Shown here: positions 1-12,899 of the stretch, one piece after another | Layout: every line of letters begins with the position of its first letter | Numbering within the stretch: position 1 is the stretch's first letter | Assembly (NCBI RefSeq): GCF_963921235.1 | Contig: NC_086108.1 | Coordinates: forward strand, 43,154,001 to 43,218,000 | Source: Mobula hypostoma | Lineage: Eukaryota | Direction of reading: 5' to 3' | DNA: 64,000 nucleotides | Program-made: the position numbers and the translations under genes | Notes under the pieces: model-generated | Database searches by the model: none | The model's input: the letters and a program-made list of their open reading frames with translations, nothing else | Told to the model about the DNA's origin: nothing

Positions 1-29
1 CCATCAATACTATCAGGAGCCAGGTACTC

Positions 30-470
30 ACAAGACTACAAATGTGAGCAGGAGAGAGGCACCTGGCCCCTCAAACCCACCTCACCATTCAATATGATCT
101 TGGCTGATTTGCTACAAGCTTCAACTCCTCTTCTATTCCCCATTGCCCTTAATTCCACATTTTCCCTAAAAGATGTCAACTTCCTCTTTAAATACACTCC
201 ATGAGCCTCCAGGGTTGAAAAATCCTGAGATTTACCATTCTTTGCAAAAGAAATTCCTTTGCACTTCTGTTTTATATCTCATCCCTTTATCTTATAATTA
301 GATTCTCTTGTTCAAAGCTCTCCCACTAGTGAAACTCCCATAATTTCCTCTAAGGATCTTCTCTGTTTCAGTAAGATCACACTTCATTCTTTTAAATTCA
401 AAAGTATATAGATCCAAATTCTTCAGATGCTACAACTCTTTCAATCCAGGAGTTAGGTTATCCCAGACAT
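30..470 (-). mobile_element. Old, degenerate CR1-type LINE 3' fragment
   Basis: Resembles the CR1 3' UTR and tail seen in other copies (gagcagga..ggcccctcaaaccc..ccattcaatatgat). Confidence 0.5.
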
Positions 471-2366
471 TTTCTGTTCTCACCTCTCCCCCTGACTATC
501 CTCACGATGTTCGCTCGCAAGATAAAGCAGATTAAATCAACTTCAGAGGAAGAGTAATGAGTCAGAAAGCACCTCTTACACAAGTGTAATTTAAGATACA
601 TGAACAGCACCACTTAAGGTAGAGTTTAATATAAAATGCTCCAATATGATTTACATCATGAGGAACAGCAATTTCTTTCATTCATAGAACATGAAATTTT
701 CTATTTGATTTGTGTAGAATGATTTCCTGACTATAATCAAACTGAAAAATCCAATTATCTGTCAAACTATACTATAACAAAGGGGTTTCAATATAGTAAA
801 TATATTTGTACACTATTATTAATCTCTAGAAATCATTTTCTGTAATAATTAAGCTGTAAAAAATGGATCTATATCATCTGTCAATCAAATCTTGTAATTA
901 ACAAATTAATTTACTTCAGTAGTCAGAAGTGCAATTAATTTCTAAACTGTCAAAAATAATTTACATTTGATTCCATTAATAAAAAAATTATTGTACATAT
1001 CTTTGTACTCTTCATGAAAGTCCCTCATCTATCACAAACATTTTTTCAAATGATTTCTTAACGATCAATAAGGAAATTTAAAATTTAGGCCATAAGCAAC
1101 AGACTATACACGAACCATCTGCTTACTTAACTTTGCATCGAAACTGTATTTCAATAACATCTCATAAATATGGAGGCTTATCATTCCACTACCTTCATTC
1201 TGGTAACCCTCTGGGGCTTCACATTATTCATGTTTGATCTTGAAAATTGCTTGGCAGACATACGTGAGATAGATGCACAATTTTGTTTGACTGCAATATC
1301 CTTTCTACTTTAAAAAAACACAACATATGTTATACCAAATCTCATGTAAATAATGATTATGGCCAATCTAGGAAGAAGTCAACATCAGAGAGCAAATTTT
1401 ATGACAAGTATACTCAGTTGAAAAGTTTCTCTTTCTATATCTTAAATGACATCAGCATCACCATTGATCATTTCAACTCAAGAACGTGATAATAAATTAC
1501 CCTTTTTATGTGACTGCAGTCTCACTACTAACAGTACTCCTGCAGCATTATTGTAAAAGAATTTGCAAGATTTCAGCCAAGAAACAATAAAAGGACATGT
1601 CAGAATTGTGAATGACTCAAAGGGGAATCTGTGGTACTTTTCACATTAACTTTTCGGTCCTGTCCTTCTTGGTAATAGAGGTTGTGGGTCTGAGAGGCAC
1701 TGTTACAATCACCTAGTCAAGTAACCGGAGTACATATCACAGAACACTGCTGCCACAGTATATCAGAGATGAACAAAACTAGGATAATGGATAAATGCCA
1801 ATCAAACAGATTGCTTTGGCCTGAATGGTGTTCAGCTTGTGTATTATTTTGGTGCACTCACTGAGGCTAATAGAGAGTATTCCATCAAATTTTTGATATT
1901 AGACTTATTATCATTGATTTAGATCATGTGAAATTTAGTGGAATATAATGAACTGTGAAGTGGCACAATGGTGTTATGATTTAATTGGATTGAAGGAAGT
2001 CACTCACCTCAGGACACTCTCCCTTAAAAATGCTAAATTTATGTACGGCATGTCCAGATGAGCTACTGGTCAATTGTGACCCCAGGATGTTGTTGGGGAG
2101 ATCTCACTGATGATAATGCCACCTTAAGTCAACGGTAGGTAGTCAAAATCTCTTATTGGAGATGCATATCTCTGGAAACTAACTCAATGTTTGGATTATG
2201 TCATTAAGGGGCTGATAGAAAAAGAACTATACATGAGGTAGTGGAAAGGATGAGACACTGGAGGTTGTGGAGAAATATGAAATCAGCAGAGGTTAGAGCT
2301 ACTGAAGTCAACCAGGGAATAACCAGGAGTCTGATTTGTCAACTCTGCAGAAGGTTGCAAAAAATT

Positions 2367-4290
2367 ATAAGACCATATGACCAAAAGACATAGGAGCAGA
2401 ATTAGGCCAGTTGGCCCATCAGATCTGCTCCGCCATTTCATCATGGCTGATCCAACTTTCCTCTCAGCACCAATCTCCTCTTCTCCCTGAGGCTGTGTCT
2501 GGTGTTAGGCTCTCTCATCATAGGAAACATTTTCTCTATATCCACTCTATCAAGGCCTTTCAGCATTAGATAAGTTTCAAATAGGTCACCCCTCATTCTT
2601 CTGAATTCCAGTGAATAGAGGCCCACAGCTATCAAATGCTCCTCATATGACAAGCCTTTCAATCCCAGAATCATTTTCGTGAACCTCCTTTGAACCCTCT
2701 CCAATGTCAGCACATCCTTTCTCAGATAAGGGGCTCAAAACTACTCACAGTACTCCAAGTGAGGCCTTACCAGTGCCTTATCAACATTACACCCTTGCTT
2801 TGATATTCTAGTCCTCTCGAAATGAATGCTAACATCACATTTTTCTTCCTTACCACCAACTGAACCTGCAAGTTAACCTTCAGGGAATCCTGCACAAGGA
2901 CTCCCATGTCCCTTTGCACCTCAGATTTTTGAATTTTCTCTCGATTTAGAAAATAGACCACCCATTTATTTCTTCTACCAAAGTGCATGATCATATATTC
3001 CATTATATGATCCAACACTATATTCCATCTACCACTTCTTTGCCATTCTCCTAATTGGTCTAAGTCCTTCTGTAGCCTCTCTACTGCCTCAAAGCTACCT
3101 GCCCATCCACCTACCTTTGTATTGTCCACAAACTTGGCCACAAAGCCATCAATTCCAGTCATTAACATATAACATAAAAATAAGCAGTCCTAACACAGCC
3201 TCCAACATCTTCCCAACCACTGAGTCAGTCTAACTGGCCTATAATTCCTTTTCTTCTGCCTCTCCCCCTTCTTGAAGAGTGGAGTGACATTTGCAATTTT
3301 CCATTCCTCTGGAACCATCCCAGAGTCAACTGATTCTTGAAAGGTCATTACTAATGCCTCCACAATTGCTTCAGCCACCGCTTTCAGTCCCCTTGGGTCT
3401 ATACCATCTGGTCCAGGTGATGTGTCTACCTTCAGACCATTCAGCTTCCCAAGAATCTTCTCCCTAGTAATGGCAACTTCCAACACTTATGTCACCTGCC
3501 CTCAGGATACTTTTAATTTCTTCCATAGCACACTTCATTTATCTGAAGAATTGTTTGGTATCCTCTTTAATATTGTTGGCTAGCTTACCTTCATATTCCA
3601 TCTTTTCCTTCTTCATGACTTTTTAGTTGCTTTCTGTTGGGTTTATAAATGTTTCCCAATCTTCTAACTTCCTACTAATTTTTGCTCTATTATATGCCCT
3701 CTCTTTGGCTTTGACTTCTGTTGTCAGCCATGGTTGTGTTATCCTGCCTTTAGTATGCTTCTTCCTCTTTGGGATGTATATATCTTGCGCCTACTGAATT
3801 GCTCCCTGAAATTCCAGCCATTGCTGCTCTGCCATCATCCCTGCCAGCTCCTTTCATGCTTCTGAAATTCCCTTTACTCTACTGTAATACACAATGACTT
3901 TAGCTTCTCCTTCGCAAATTACAGGGTGATCATCACTTATTATCATATTATCATCACTTTTCCCTAAGGGTTCCTTTACCTTAAGCTCTCTAACCAATTC
4001 CAGTTCATTGCACAACACCTAATCCAGTATAGCTGATCCCCTAGTGGGTTCAACCATAAGCTGCTCTAAAAACCTTTCTCGTAGGCATTCTAGAAATTCT
4101 CCTCTTGGGATCCAGTGCCAAGCTGATTTTCTCAATCTACCTGCATATCGAAATCCCCTTTGACTATCATAACATTACCCTTTCGGCATGCACTTTCTAT
4201 TTCCTGTTGTAACTTGTATACAACATCTTTTACTACTGTTTGGGGGTCTGCATATACAGTAACTCCCATCAGGGTCTTTTTACCCTTGCA
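2367..4290 (-). mobile_element. CR1 LINE ORF2 remnant, frameshifted
   Basis: ORF pieces KGDFDMQVD (endonuclease), SPGPDGI..NVTPLFKKG..NYRPV, KFVDNTKVGG and ERVQRRFTK..LYSLEFRRMRGDL; microsatellite-like tail near 2370. Confidence 0.9.
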
Positions 4291-5869
4291 GTAATAATCA
4301 TTATGTATCTTTTTATTAAGGGTGGAGTTTGGAGTTTGGAATTTTTTATTTTGCACATGCCATCTTGAGTGTGTATGCTGCAGGTTCACCATCCTACCTG
4401 TTCACGTATCATTGAAAGAGTTTCTTAAATATTGCTATTGTATCTGCTTCCACTGCTCTCTCGGTAAGTGTGATGCAAGTTTGATTCATAAAAGATAACA
4501 TGTTGAAAAAGAAAACATACTGCATGGGTCATCACTATGTAATAAATGGGTTTTGTAGTTAAACACGTCAATAAGTTGATTTTGTTGCTATGACAAAAAA
4601 TACACAAAAAAAATCACTTTGTAGTTACCATACCTCCACTGTATTGTGATGAATGGCATCAAAAGCACATAAGACAGATAGGAAAGTGCAACTATTAAAT
4701 TGAAGAGAGAGAGTGAGTTGGAAAATACCACTGCCTTTATAAGAACCAATGTACATTATATACCTATTGTCAGGATTTTGAATTTAATAATATTATGGCA
4801 GCTTACTTCTATGTAGGTGTGTCCTTAAGTTGGTTGTTTCTAACTTGGGCATTGCTTGCAGTCTTAAATCTCTTTCTGGTTGGCTTCATTTCTATTACAA
4901 GTCCCAAGTAGCATCAGTTCACTGACATGGTTAATAGACTTGCCAAAATATTAATAGGACCCTAAGGGATGGTCTATGCTGTTTGCTAATCACTTAAACA
5001 TACTTTATTTATAATATGAAATCACAGTCTTGAATTCTAGATCACAACTCAGTCACCTGCCCTGGACAGATTAATTGCTGGTAGGCTTTGCCAGCTTTCC
5101 ATCGCCTCGTTTATTAGTTTAAGTTCTGGGGAGGATGTCTGAAACATGGTATGTTCCACATGTTGTAATTTACCCTCGAAGACACAGAATAAATGTAAGT
5201 GATGCTTGGGTCTTCTTAAGCAATTCCTCAGAATTGAACATGACTTGATTTCATTCTGGTTTTGTAGGCTCTTGGATAATTAATGAAGTTAATATAGGAA
5301 CTATGAGATCTTCTACAGAGAAGGTGCCTGACTGGTTAGTTGGATAGTTGTAGATGATTCTAGAAGAATGTGTTTGTTTCCATGTTTCACTTGAGTACAC
5401 TCACATTGATGTCAAAATTTAAGGATTCCTGAGCTCCGATTGCTGAGTAGAGTTTAGGTCGGGCTTTTCTGGGATTGACTTTGACAGTAGTGATAATCCA
5501 GATGATAAAAGTTAATAGTGTGAAGTGCAAGTTGCCTGGTGGTGTAGCTGATGCACATCAATCATCATGCTGATGTCACGGAACAAGATCTTGATGTAGT
5601 GAGAATTGAGATCAAGATGATTGGTGGACAGGCTCTGCTGCAAGGATATTAACGTTCATTCTGTTATGCTTTGTGACTCATCCACAGAATTCTCGCTGCC
5701 ATTTTCACTTGCTCAAAAATTACGGCGCTATTTTTTTCCCCTTTCTTCAGAAATCCTAAAGTATTATTTCCTACCAATTTAGTGACAGTCATAGTGCCAA
5801 AATATTCATAACAATCACAAATGAACTTCCCTTTTACAGTGGCCTTCCTCTTTGTCCATAAAGGAACAC

Positions 5870-6360
5870 AAGTCATTGGGTATATTTAAGGCAGAGGTTG
5901 ACAGATTCTTGATTCCAGTATTGAATGGCTTGTCATATGATGAGCATTTAATGGCTCTGGGCCTATATCCACTGGAATTTGGAAGAATGAGGGGTGATCT
6001 CATTGAAACCTATTGAATGCTGAAAGGCCTTGATGGAGTGGATGTGGAGAGTCTAAGACCAGAGGACACAGCCTCAGAATAGAGGGGTGTCCTTTTAGAA
6101 TGGAGATGAGGAGGAATTTCTTTAGACAGGGAGTGGTGAATCCGTGGAATTCTTGGCCACAGACATCTGTGGAGGTCAAGTCTGTACGTATATTTAAGGC
6201 AGAGATTGACAGATTCTTGATTACTCAAGGCATGAAGGGATCTGGTGGGAAAACAGAAGACTGGGACTGAGAGGGAAAGTTGGATCAGCCATGATGAAAT
6301 GGTGGAGCAAACTAGTTGGACCAAATGGCCTAATTCTGCTTCTATATCTTATGGTCTTAT
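5870..6360 (+). mobile_element. CR1 LINE 3' end
   Basis: Encodes GLYPLEFGRMRGDLIETY and carries the CR1 3' UTR and tail; same family as the 2367-4290 copy, opposite orientation. Confidence 0.85.
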
Positions 6361-8593
6361 CATCTTTACTGCCAAAAAGAAGCAGCAAATTATTTTTAAC
6401 AACCTGAGAACAGTGAGATGTTTTCACAGGAGACATTTCACATCAAGTTAACATTTGCAGGACCACATGATATTGGATGATACACTTAGAAATTCTCCAG
6501 ATCTGGTGTATATCAGTATTTGGATAGTTAATGGTTACAATAACAATACTATTTAGAAATTATAAAATCTTTTATTTATTTCAATGTTTCTATTTTTATT
6601 AATATTAAAACAACTAATACATGTAAATAAGCAACAGTACTAATAATTAAAAATCCATAATTATTATTAAAACATTAATAATAACATCTGCTCAAAATTA
6701 CCACGACATGTAAAAAAATTCTTCTAGAAGATTATCACCAGTTTCAGCAGACGCTCTCAAAAATGTTCACCACCCCTTGAATAGAGGAATATGTGAAGTA
6801 GGTGGGATTAGTTTAAATTAGCATCATGGACTGCACAGACGTGGCGGGCTGAAGGTGGCCCTGTGCTGTATTGTTCTATCCTCTATGGGTTGGCTTGCAT
6901 GCACTTGGAATCAGGCAGATAACGTTTATAGAGCTTTGTCATTTTCAACATTTAAACATTAAACCTCAGGCACAGAGTATGTACAATGTTGGGGTTAGGC
7001 TACCTAGGCATTCCACTATGCAAACACCACCTTCCAGCAACGAGAACACAAGCACCCAGCTTGTTCTTTGCCACATAATATATTTAACAAAATAAACTTC
7101 ATTCATTTAAAAAAATGTTTACGTGAATAAATCGTTCAATGCCTTTTCATTCTTTACGTTCACAGTCAATGCTTTCCATACTGTTCTATGACATTCATAC
7201 ACTGCTGCCACTCATGTGGCACCCTGGGGTGCTGTACTACCACAATAATTGAGGGACTTCCTACTCCAACACAGCCCCTTCCTCTCCAGTCGGAGAAGAA
7301 CCCTACACCGTGGTCCTTCCCCAATGCGCCCTTACAGTGGCGGCATCAAGCTTCAGCCCGTCCCTCACAATGTATTTCTGCAATCTGGAATGTGCCAGTC
7401 AGCAGCGTTCCTCCAAGGACACCTCGATGTGTTGGCAGATCAGCAAGTTTTGGGCAGACCAAAGGGCATCTTTCACTGAGTTGATGATCTGCCAGCAGGA
7501 TTTAATGTTTGTCTCCAAGTGTGTCCCTCAGAACAGAGAGTCCTCTTTCAGGCAGCTGCTCAGAATGAACTGCAACACAGGCCCTTTCACTTTTCTCCAC
7601 AGCCTTTTCGCAAACCCACAGTCAGCAAAGAGGTGAGCTACCATCTATTCCCCACTCCAGTCATCCTGTGGGCAGTTTGCTCCTGGCATGCAAGATGGAT
7701 ATTACAGCAAAGTAAGATTTAAAATGTGTGCTAGCCGAGCAGAGAAGCAGGCACTTTGTACAGCCTTTCTCTGCAAGGCAGCAAGTTAAGATAACAAGCT
7801 GACAGAGACATTGTGCAGTCACCTAGGCTGACAGCCCAAAGCTTATGCAGCCTTTCTGTTTAAGCAAAGTCCCCAAGCATACTGAGGCATGAAAAAGATC
7901 CAAATAAAGAATTCTAGGACAACACTTACTATTGAATTATTATTACTTACTATTGAACTATTTTATTAATTCTTAACTATTATTGGCCTTTAACACATAG
8001 TTTTAATTGCTTATTAATGCCTGAAATATGTATTATGGTCAGTACTTAAAAATGCAAACGATGGGATTCAGAAGTATACAAAGTTTCTATTGGATTACTA
8101 TTGATATACAACTGGTCAATCTCTATAAAATGGTATTTCTTTGTTCAAACTTCAGAGCAGTGTGATGATAGGGGCCATGCTGTTTTCCTTGTGCACAAGC
8201 AAATAAAGTATGATTAAGGCATCTACAACCTGCTTTGGAGGACCCTTCTCACTGCCAGCCAGGCAAGGTCTTAGTGCCTGTTGGTGAGGCCTAGCGATGA
8301 GGCATTCTGCCAGATGGTCCAGACAGTCACCCCACTGTTTCCATCAAGTCCTTCTCCTGCAATGTCTTCAAGATGTTCAATGCAGAGCACTACTGATGGA
8401 CTTATGGTTAAAGGTGTTGGTTTGGAAGAACTCTCCACAAAGGACAGGTAGTGAGGCAACGTCCGGCTGACTGGAACATTGCGCAGAAACAGGGCAAGTA
8501 GTGGTACTTGATGCCCACATATTTAGGTTCCACACACAGCCTGATGCAGCCACACATGAAAGTGGTCATCAGGGTGAGGTTGACTTTGGATAC

Positions 8594-10900
8594 AACAGGA
8601 AATCTGCAGATGCTGGAAATTCAAGCAACACACATCAAAGTTGCTGGTGAACGCAGCAGGCCAGGCAGCATCTCTAGGAAGAGGTACAGTCGACGTTTCA
8701 GGCCGAGACCCTTCGTCAGGACTAACTGAAGGAAGAGTTAGTAAGAGATTTGAAAGTGAGAGGGGGAGGGGGAGATCCAAAATGATAGGAGAAGACAGGA
8801 GGGGGAGGGATGGTGTCAAGAGCTGGACAGGTGATTGGCAAAGGGGATATGAGAGGATCATGGGACAGGAGGCCCAGGGAGAAACACAAGGGGGGGGAAC
8901 AGAGGTTGGGCAAGGGGTATAGTCAGAGGGTCAGAGGGAGAAAAAGGAGAGTGAGAAAAAGAATGTGTGTATAAAAATAAATAATGGATGGGGTACGAGG
9001 GGGAGGTGGGGCATTAGCAGAAGTTAGGGAAGTCAATGTTCATGCCATCAGGTTGGAGGCTACCCAGACGGAATACAAGGTGTTGTTCCTCCAACCTGAG
9101 TGTGGCTTCATCTTTACAGTAGAGGAGGCCGTGGATAGACATGTCAGAATGGGAATGGGATGTGGAATTAAAATGTGTGGCCACTGGGAGATCCTGCTTT
9201 CTCTGGCGGACAGAGTGTAGGTGTTCAGCAAAGTGGTCTCCCAGTCTGCGCGGGTCTTGCCAATATATAGAAGGCCACATCTGGAGCACCGGACGCAGTA
9301 TATCACCCCAGCCGACTTACAGGTGAAGTGTCGCCTCACCTGGAAGGACTGTTTGGGGCCCTAACTGGTGGTAAGGGAGGAAGTGTAAGGGCATGAGTAG
9401 CACTTGTTCCGCTTACAAGGATAAGTGCCAGGAGGGAGATCAGTGGGGAGGGATGGGGGGACGAATGGACAAGGGAGTCGCATAGGGAGCGATCCCTGTG
9501 GAAAGCAGACAGGGTGGGGAGGAAAAGATGTGCTTAGTGGTGGGATCCCGTTGGAGGTGGCAGAAGTTATGGAGAATAATATGTTGGACCCGGAGGCTGG
9601 TGGGGTGGTAGGTGAGGACCAGGGGAACCCTATTCCTAGTGGGGTGGCGGGAGGATGGAGTGAGAGCAGATGTGCGTGAAATGGGGGAGATGCGTTTAAG
9701 AGCAGAGTTGATGGTGGAGGAAGGGAAGCCCCTTTTTTTAAAGAAGGAGGACATCTCCCTCGTCCTGGAATGAAAAGCCTCATCCTGAGAGCAGATGCGG
9801 CGGAGACAGAGGAATTGTGAGAAGGGGATGGTATTTTTGCAAGAGACAGGGTGAGAAGAGGAATAGTCCAGATAGCTGTGAGAGTCAGTAGGCTTATAGT
9901 CGACATCAGTGGATAAGCTGTCTCCAGAGATAGAGACAAAAAGATCTAGAAAGGGGAGGGAGGTGCCGGAAATGGACCAGGTAAACTTGAGGGCAGGGTG
10001 AAAGTTGGAGGCAAAGTTAATAAAGTTAATGAGCTCAGCATGCATGCAGGAAGCAGCGCCAATGCAGTCGTCGATGTAGCGAAGGAAAAGTGGGGGACAG
10101 ATACCAGAATAGGTACGGAACATAATTTGTTCCACAAAGCCGACAAAAAGGCTGGCATAGCTAGGACCCATACGGGTGCCCATAGCTACACCTTTAGTTT
10201 GGAGGAAGTGGGAGGAGCCAAAGGAGAAATTATTAAGAGTAAGGACTAATTCCGCTAGATGGAGCAGAGTGGTGGTAGAGGGGAACTGATTAGGTCTGGA
10301 ATCCAAAAAGGAGAGCTTTGAGACCTTCTGGGGCCCTAACTGGTGGTAAGGGAGGAAGTGTAAGGGCATGAGTAGCACTTGTTCCCTTACAAGGATAAGT
10401 GCCAGGAGGGAGATCAGTGGGGAGGGATGGGGGGCCAAATGGACAAGGGAGTCGCATAGGGAGCGATCCCTGTGGAAAGCAGAGAGGGTGGGGAGGAAAA
10501 GATGTGCTTAGTGGGGGATGGAAGTATATAGGGACTGGACATCCATGGTGAAAATAAAGCGGTGGGGGCCAGGGAACTTAAAATCATCGAAAAGTTTAAG
10601 TGCGTGAGAAGTGTCACGAACATAGGTACGGAGGGATTGAATAAGGGGGGATAAAACCGTGTCGAGGTATGCAGAAACGAGTTCGGTGGGGCAGGAGCAA
10701 GCTGAGACAATAGGTCTGCCAGGACAGGCAGGTTTGTGGATCTTGGGTAGGAGGTAGAAACGGGAAGTGCGAGGTGTGGGAACTATAAGGTTGGTAGCAG
10801 TTGATGGGAGATCCCCTGAGCAGATAAAGTCGGTGATGGTGTGGGAGACAATGGGCTGGTGCTCCTTAGTGGGGTCACGATCGAGGGGTAAATAAGAGGA
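8594..10900 (-). mobile_element. Penelope-like element (RT plus GIY-YIG), 5'-truncated and frameshifted, 6-bp TSD GGATAC
   Basis: PLE RT motifs PKIHK..GRPIVS, MDVQSLYTSIPH, GVAMGT and RYIDD; GIY-YIG VIYCVRCSRCGLLYIGKT; C-terminal QPDGMN. GGATAC occurs at 8588-8593 and 10901-10906, and removing the insert restores the Tx1 reading GGKNVSKV. Confidence 0.93.
8688..8723 (-). ncRNA. Minimal type-I hammerhead ribozyme motif in PLE terminus
   Basis: Minus strand reads AGUC-CUGACGA-A-GGGU-CUCG-GCCU-GAAA-CGUC-GACU: stem I AGUC/GACU, conserved core, stem II, palindromic mini stem III. Confidence 0.75.
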
Positions 10901-12359
10901 GGATACGTTTTTGCCCCCAATGTCCAAGGATTTGTGCATTGTGACCCATCTGACCCTCTCCATCTTGGATTCTCAGATGAACTGAACACAGCTCGGATGA
11001 CTCCCAAGCAGGAGTGAAGAATGGACTACACCTGTACCAAGTACAGCATCCCTGAAAGCACCTCACACCTGGTGATCAGGTTCTTCCCAGTTATCAACAG
11101 GGAGCACCCTCCCCACAGTTCCAATTTCTGTTTTACTTTCCCAGACCACTCCAGCCAACTCTTGTGCATGCCTCGACCTTTCTGAACCAGATACCCAGCA
11201 CCTTCAAGTAATCAGACCCGATGATGAAGGAGACTCTGGATCAATTGGGCCCGTTGCCAAAGACCACGGCCTTGTTCTTCATGTGGTTAACCCTGGTCCG
11301 ATGCCAACTCAAACTGGTTACAAATGCTGATCAATTCTATGAACTGACCTCGGATCTGTGCAGAAGATAGTGATATTATCCATGTACTGGGATATTCTCA
11401 CTTGAGTTCCTCAACTATACAGCAGTGTCACCCCTCTTATGCTCTCATTTTTCCTGATGGCTTTGCAAAGGGTATTATACAGTACACAACCCTGCCTGTC
11501 CTCAGACTTGATGGGGAAGCTATCCGTTTCTCACCCATTGATTTGTACTGCACTACAAATGGATCCAATTCTGATTCCCTCCCCAATTCCCATTTTGGAG
11601 AGTACATCCATCAGGTAAGTGTGTGATATGCTGTCAAAAGACTTTCTCTTAGTCCAAGCTGACCAGGGAGAAATCCACCCCACCCCCCATCCTGCACACA
11701 GGCAATGGTGTCCCTAAACAACATGAGGTTGTCAAAGATCTTCCTGCGAGGTACAGCACAGGGTGGATCATCCATCTCAGAACAGACTTTACCCTGTTGG
11801 TGAACGTAGTCTACATTCAACAGCAAAATGAGTCTCCAATTCCTGATATCATCCCTCTCCCATTTCTGCTTCTAGATGAGGGCAATGATGCCCTTCCTCA
11901 TGGAGTCTGATATGCTGCCAACTAGAAGCATTTAATTGTACACTTCCAGCAGATCTGGACCTATCCAGTCCCACAGAGCCAAGTACAACTTAGCCAGTAA
12001 GCTGTCACTTCCAGGAGTTTTATTCGAGTCAAAGGAATGGATGGAGCCAGTCAGCTCCTCCTGCATCAGTAGCTGGGTCCAGACTCCCCAGCTTACTGTC
12101 ATCTACACCTTCATGATGGACGACAGGAAGTTCTGAGAGGCTGTGGCCTTTCTGTAATATAGGCTGGCATAGAATGATCTGCAGATCCTCAATATATTCG
12201 CCTGTGAGGATGTGACTGAGCTGCCCTCTTCCTTAAAGGATGTGGATCACAGATCCCAGTGAACCTTTTGGACGAAGAAATGTGAGCACATCTCATCCTG
12301 TTTCATGGTGCAGACCCTGGATCTGCAGATGATCTTGGAGGATTTGGTAGTGAATGAGG

Positions 12360-12648
12360 GGTTTAGGCAGGGTAAATATAAGAAGGCGTTTTCCACTGAG
12401 GTTGGGTGGGACTACAACCAGAGGTCATGGGTTAAGGGTGAAAGGTGAGAAGTTTGAGAGGAACATGAATGGAAAACTTCTTCACTCGGAGGGCTGTGAG
12501 AGTGTGGAATGAGCTGCCAGCACGTGGTGCATGCCGAGCTGGATTTCAATGTTTAAGAGAAGTTTGGGAGTCGGCAGTTTAATTGGTTTCAGCATGAACT
12601 AGATGGCAGAATAGTCTGTTTCTGTGCTGTACTTCTCTATGAATCTAT
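12360..12648 (+). mobile_element. CR1 3' fragment inserted in the Tx1 element
   Basis: Encodes FPLRLGGTTTRGHGLRVKGEKF and ends in the tail ttctctatgaatctatg. Confidence 0.8.
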
Positions 12649-12899
12649 GTAGGGCTGGGCTTGCCACCCTTTCACCTCTCGTAACTCCTCCCTCACATCA
12701 TCCACCCCCCCCCCCCACTTTGATTGCAGGAGTTGCTGCAACCGTCTGGAGTCTACACAGTTCCCTCTGACCCTGCCTTGCTTTCTGAACCCCGTTGCAT
12801 CTTGATGCTTTCATTGGTGGCTTCCCACCAGTGAACAGGGGGAATTAAAGAGGGATTTCAAGGTTGTCCAACCGGCATACTTCCTCCCTAGTTCCTTAA

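Noticed and set aside
1..7000. Possible SASS6 coding exons (donor-like sites near 482, 1126 and 1500 on -)
   Set aside because: Translations do not resemble the SAS-6 N-terminus, so no gene was called.
8508..9220. Recurring short ORFs (NAAGQAAS..DVSGRDPSSGLTE; VSPDEGSRPETSTVP) at several loci
   Set aside because: Translations of the non-coding PLE terminus; recurrence reflects repeat copies, not a protein family.
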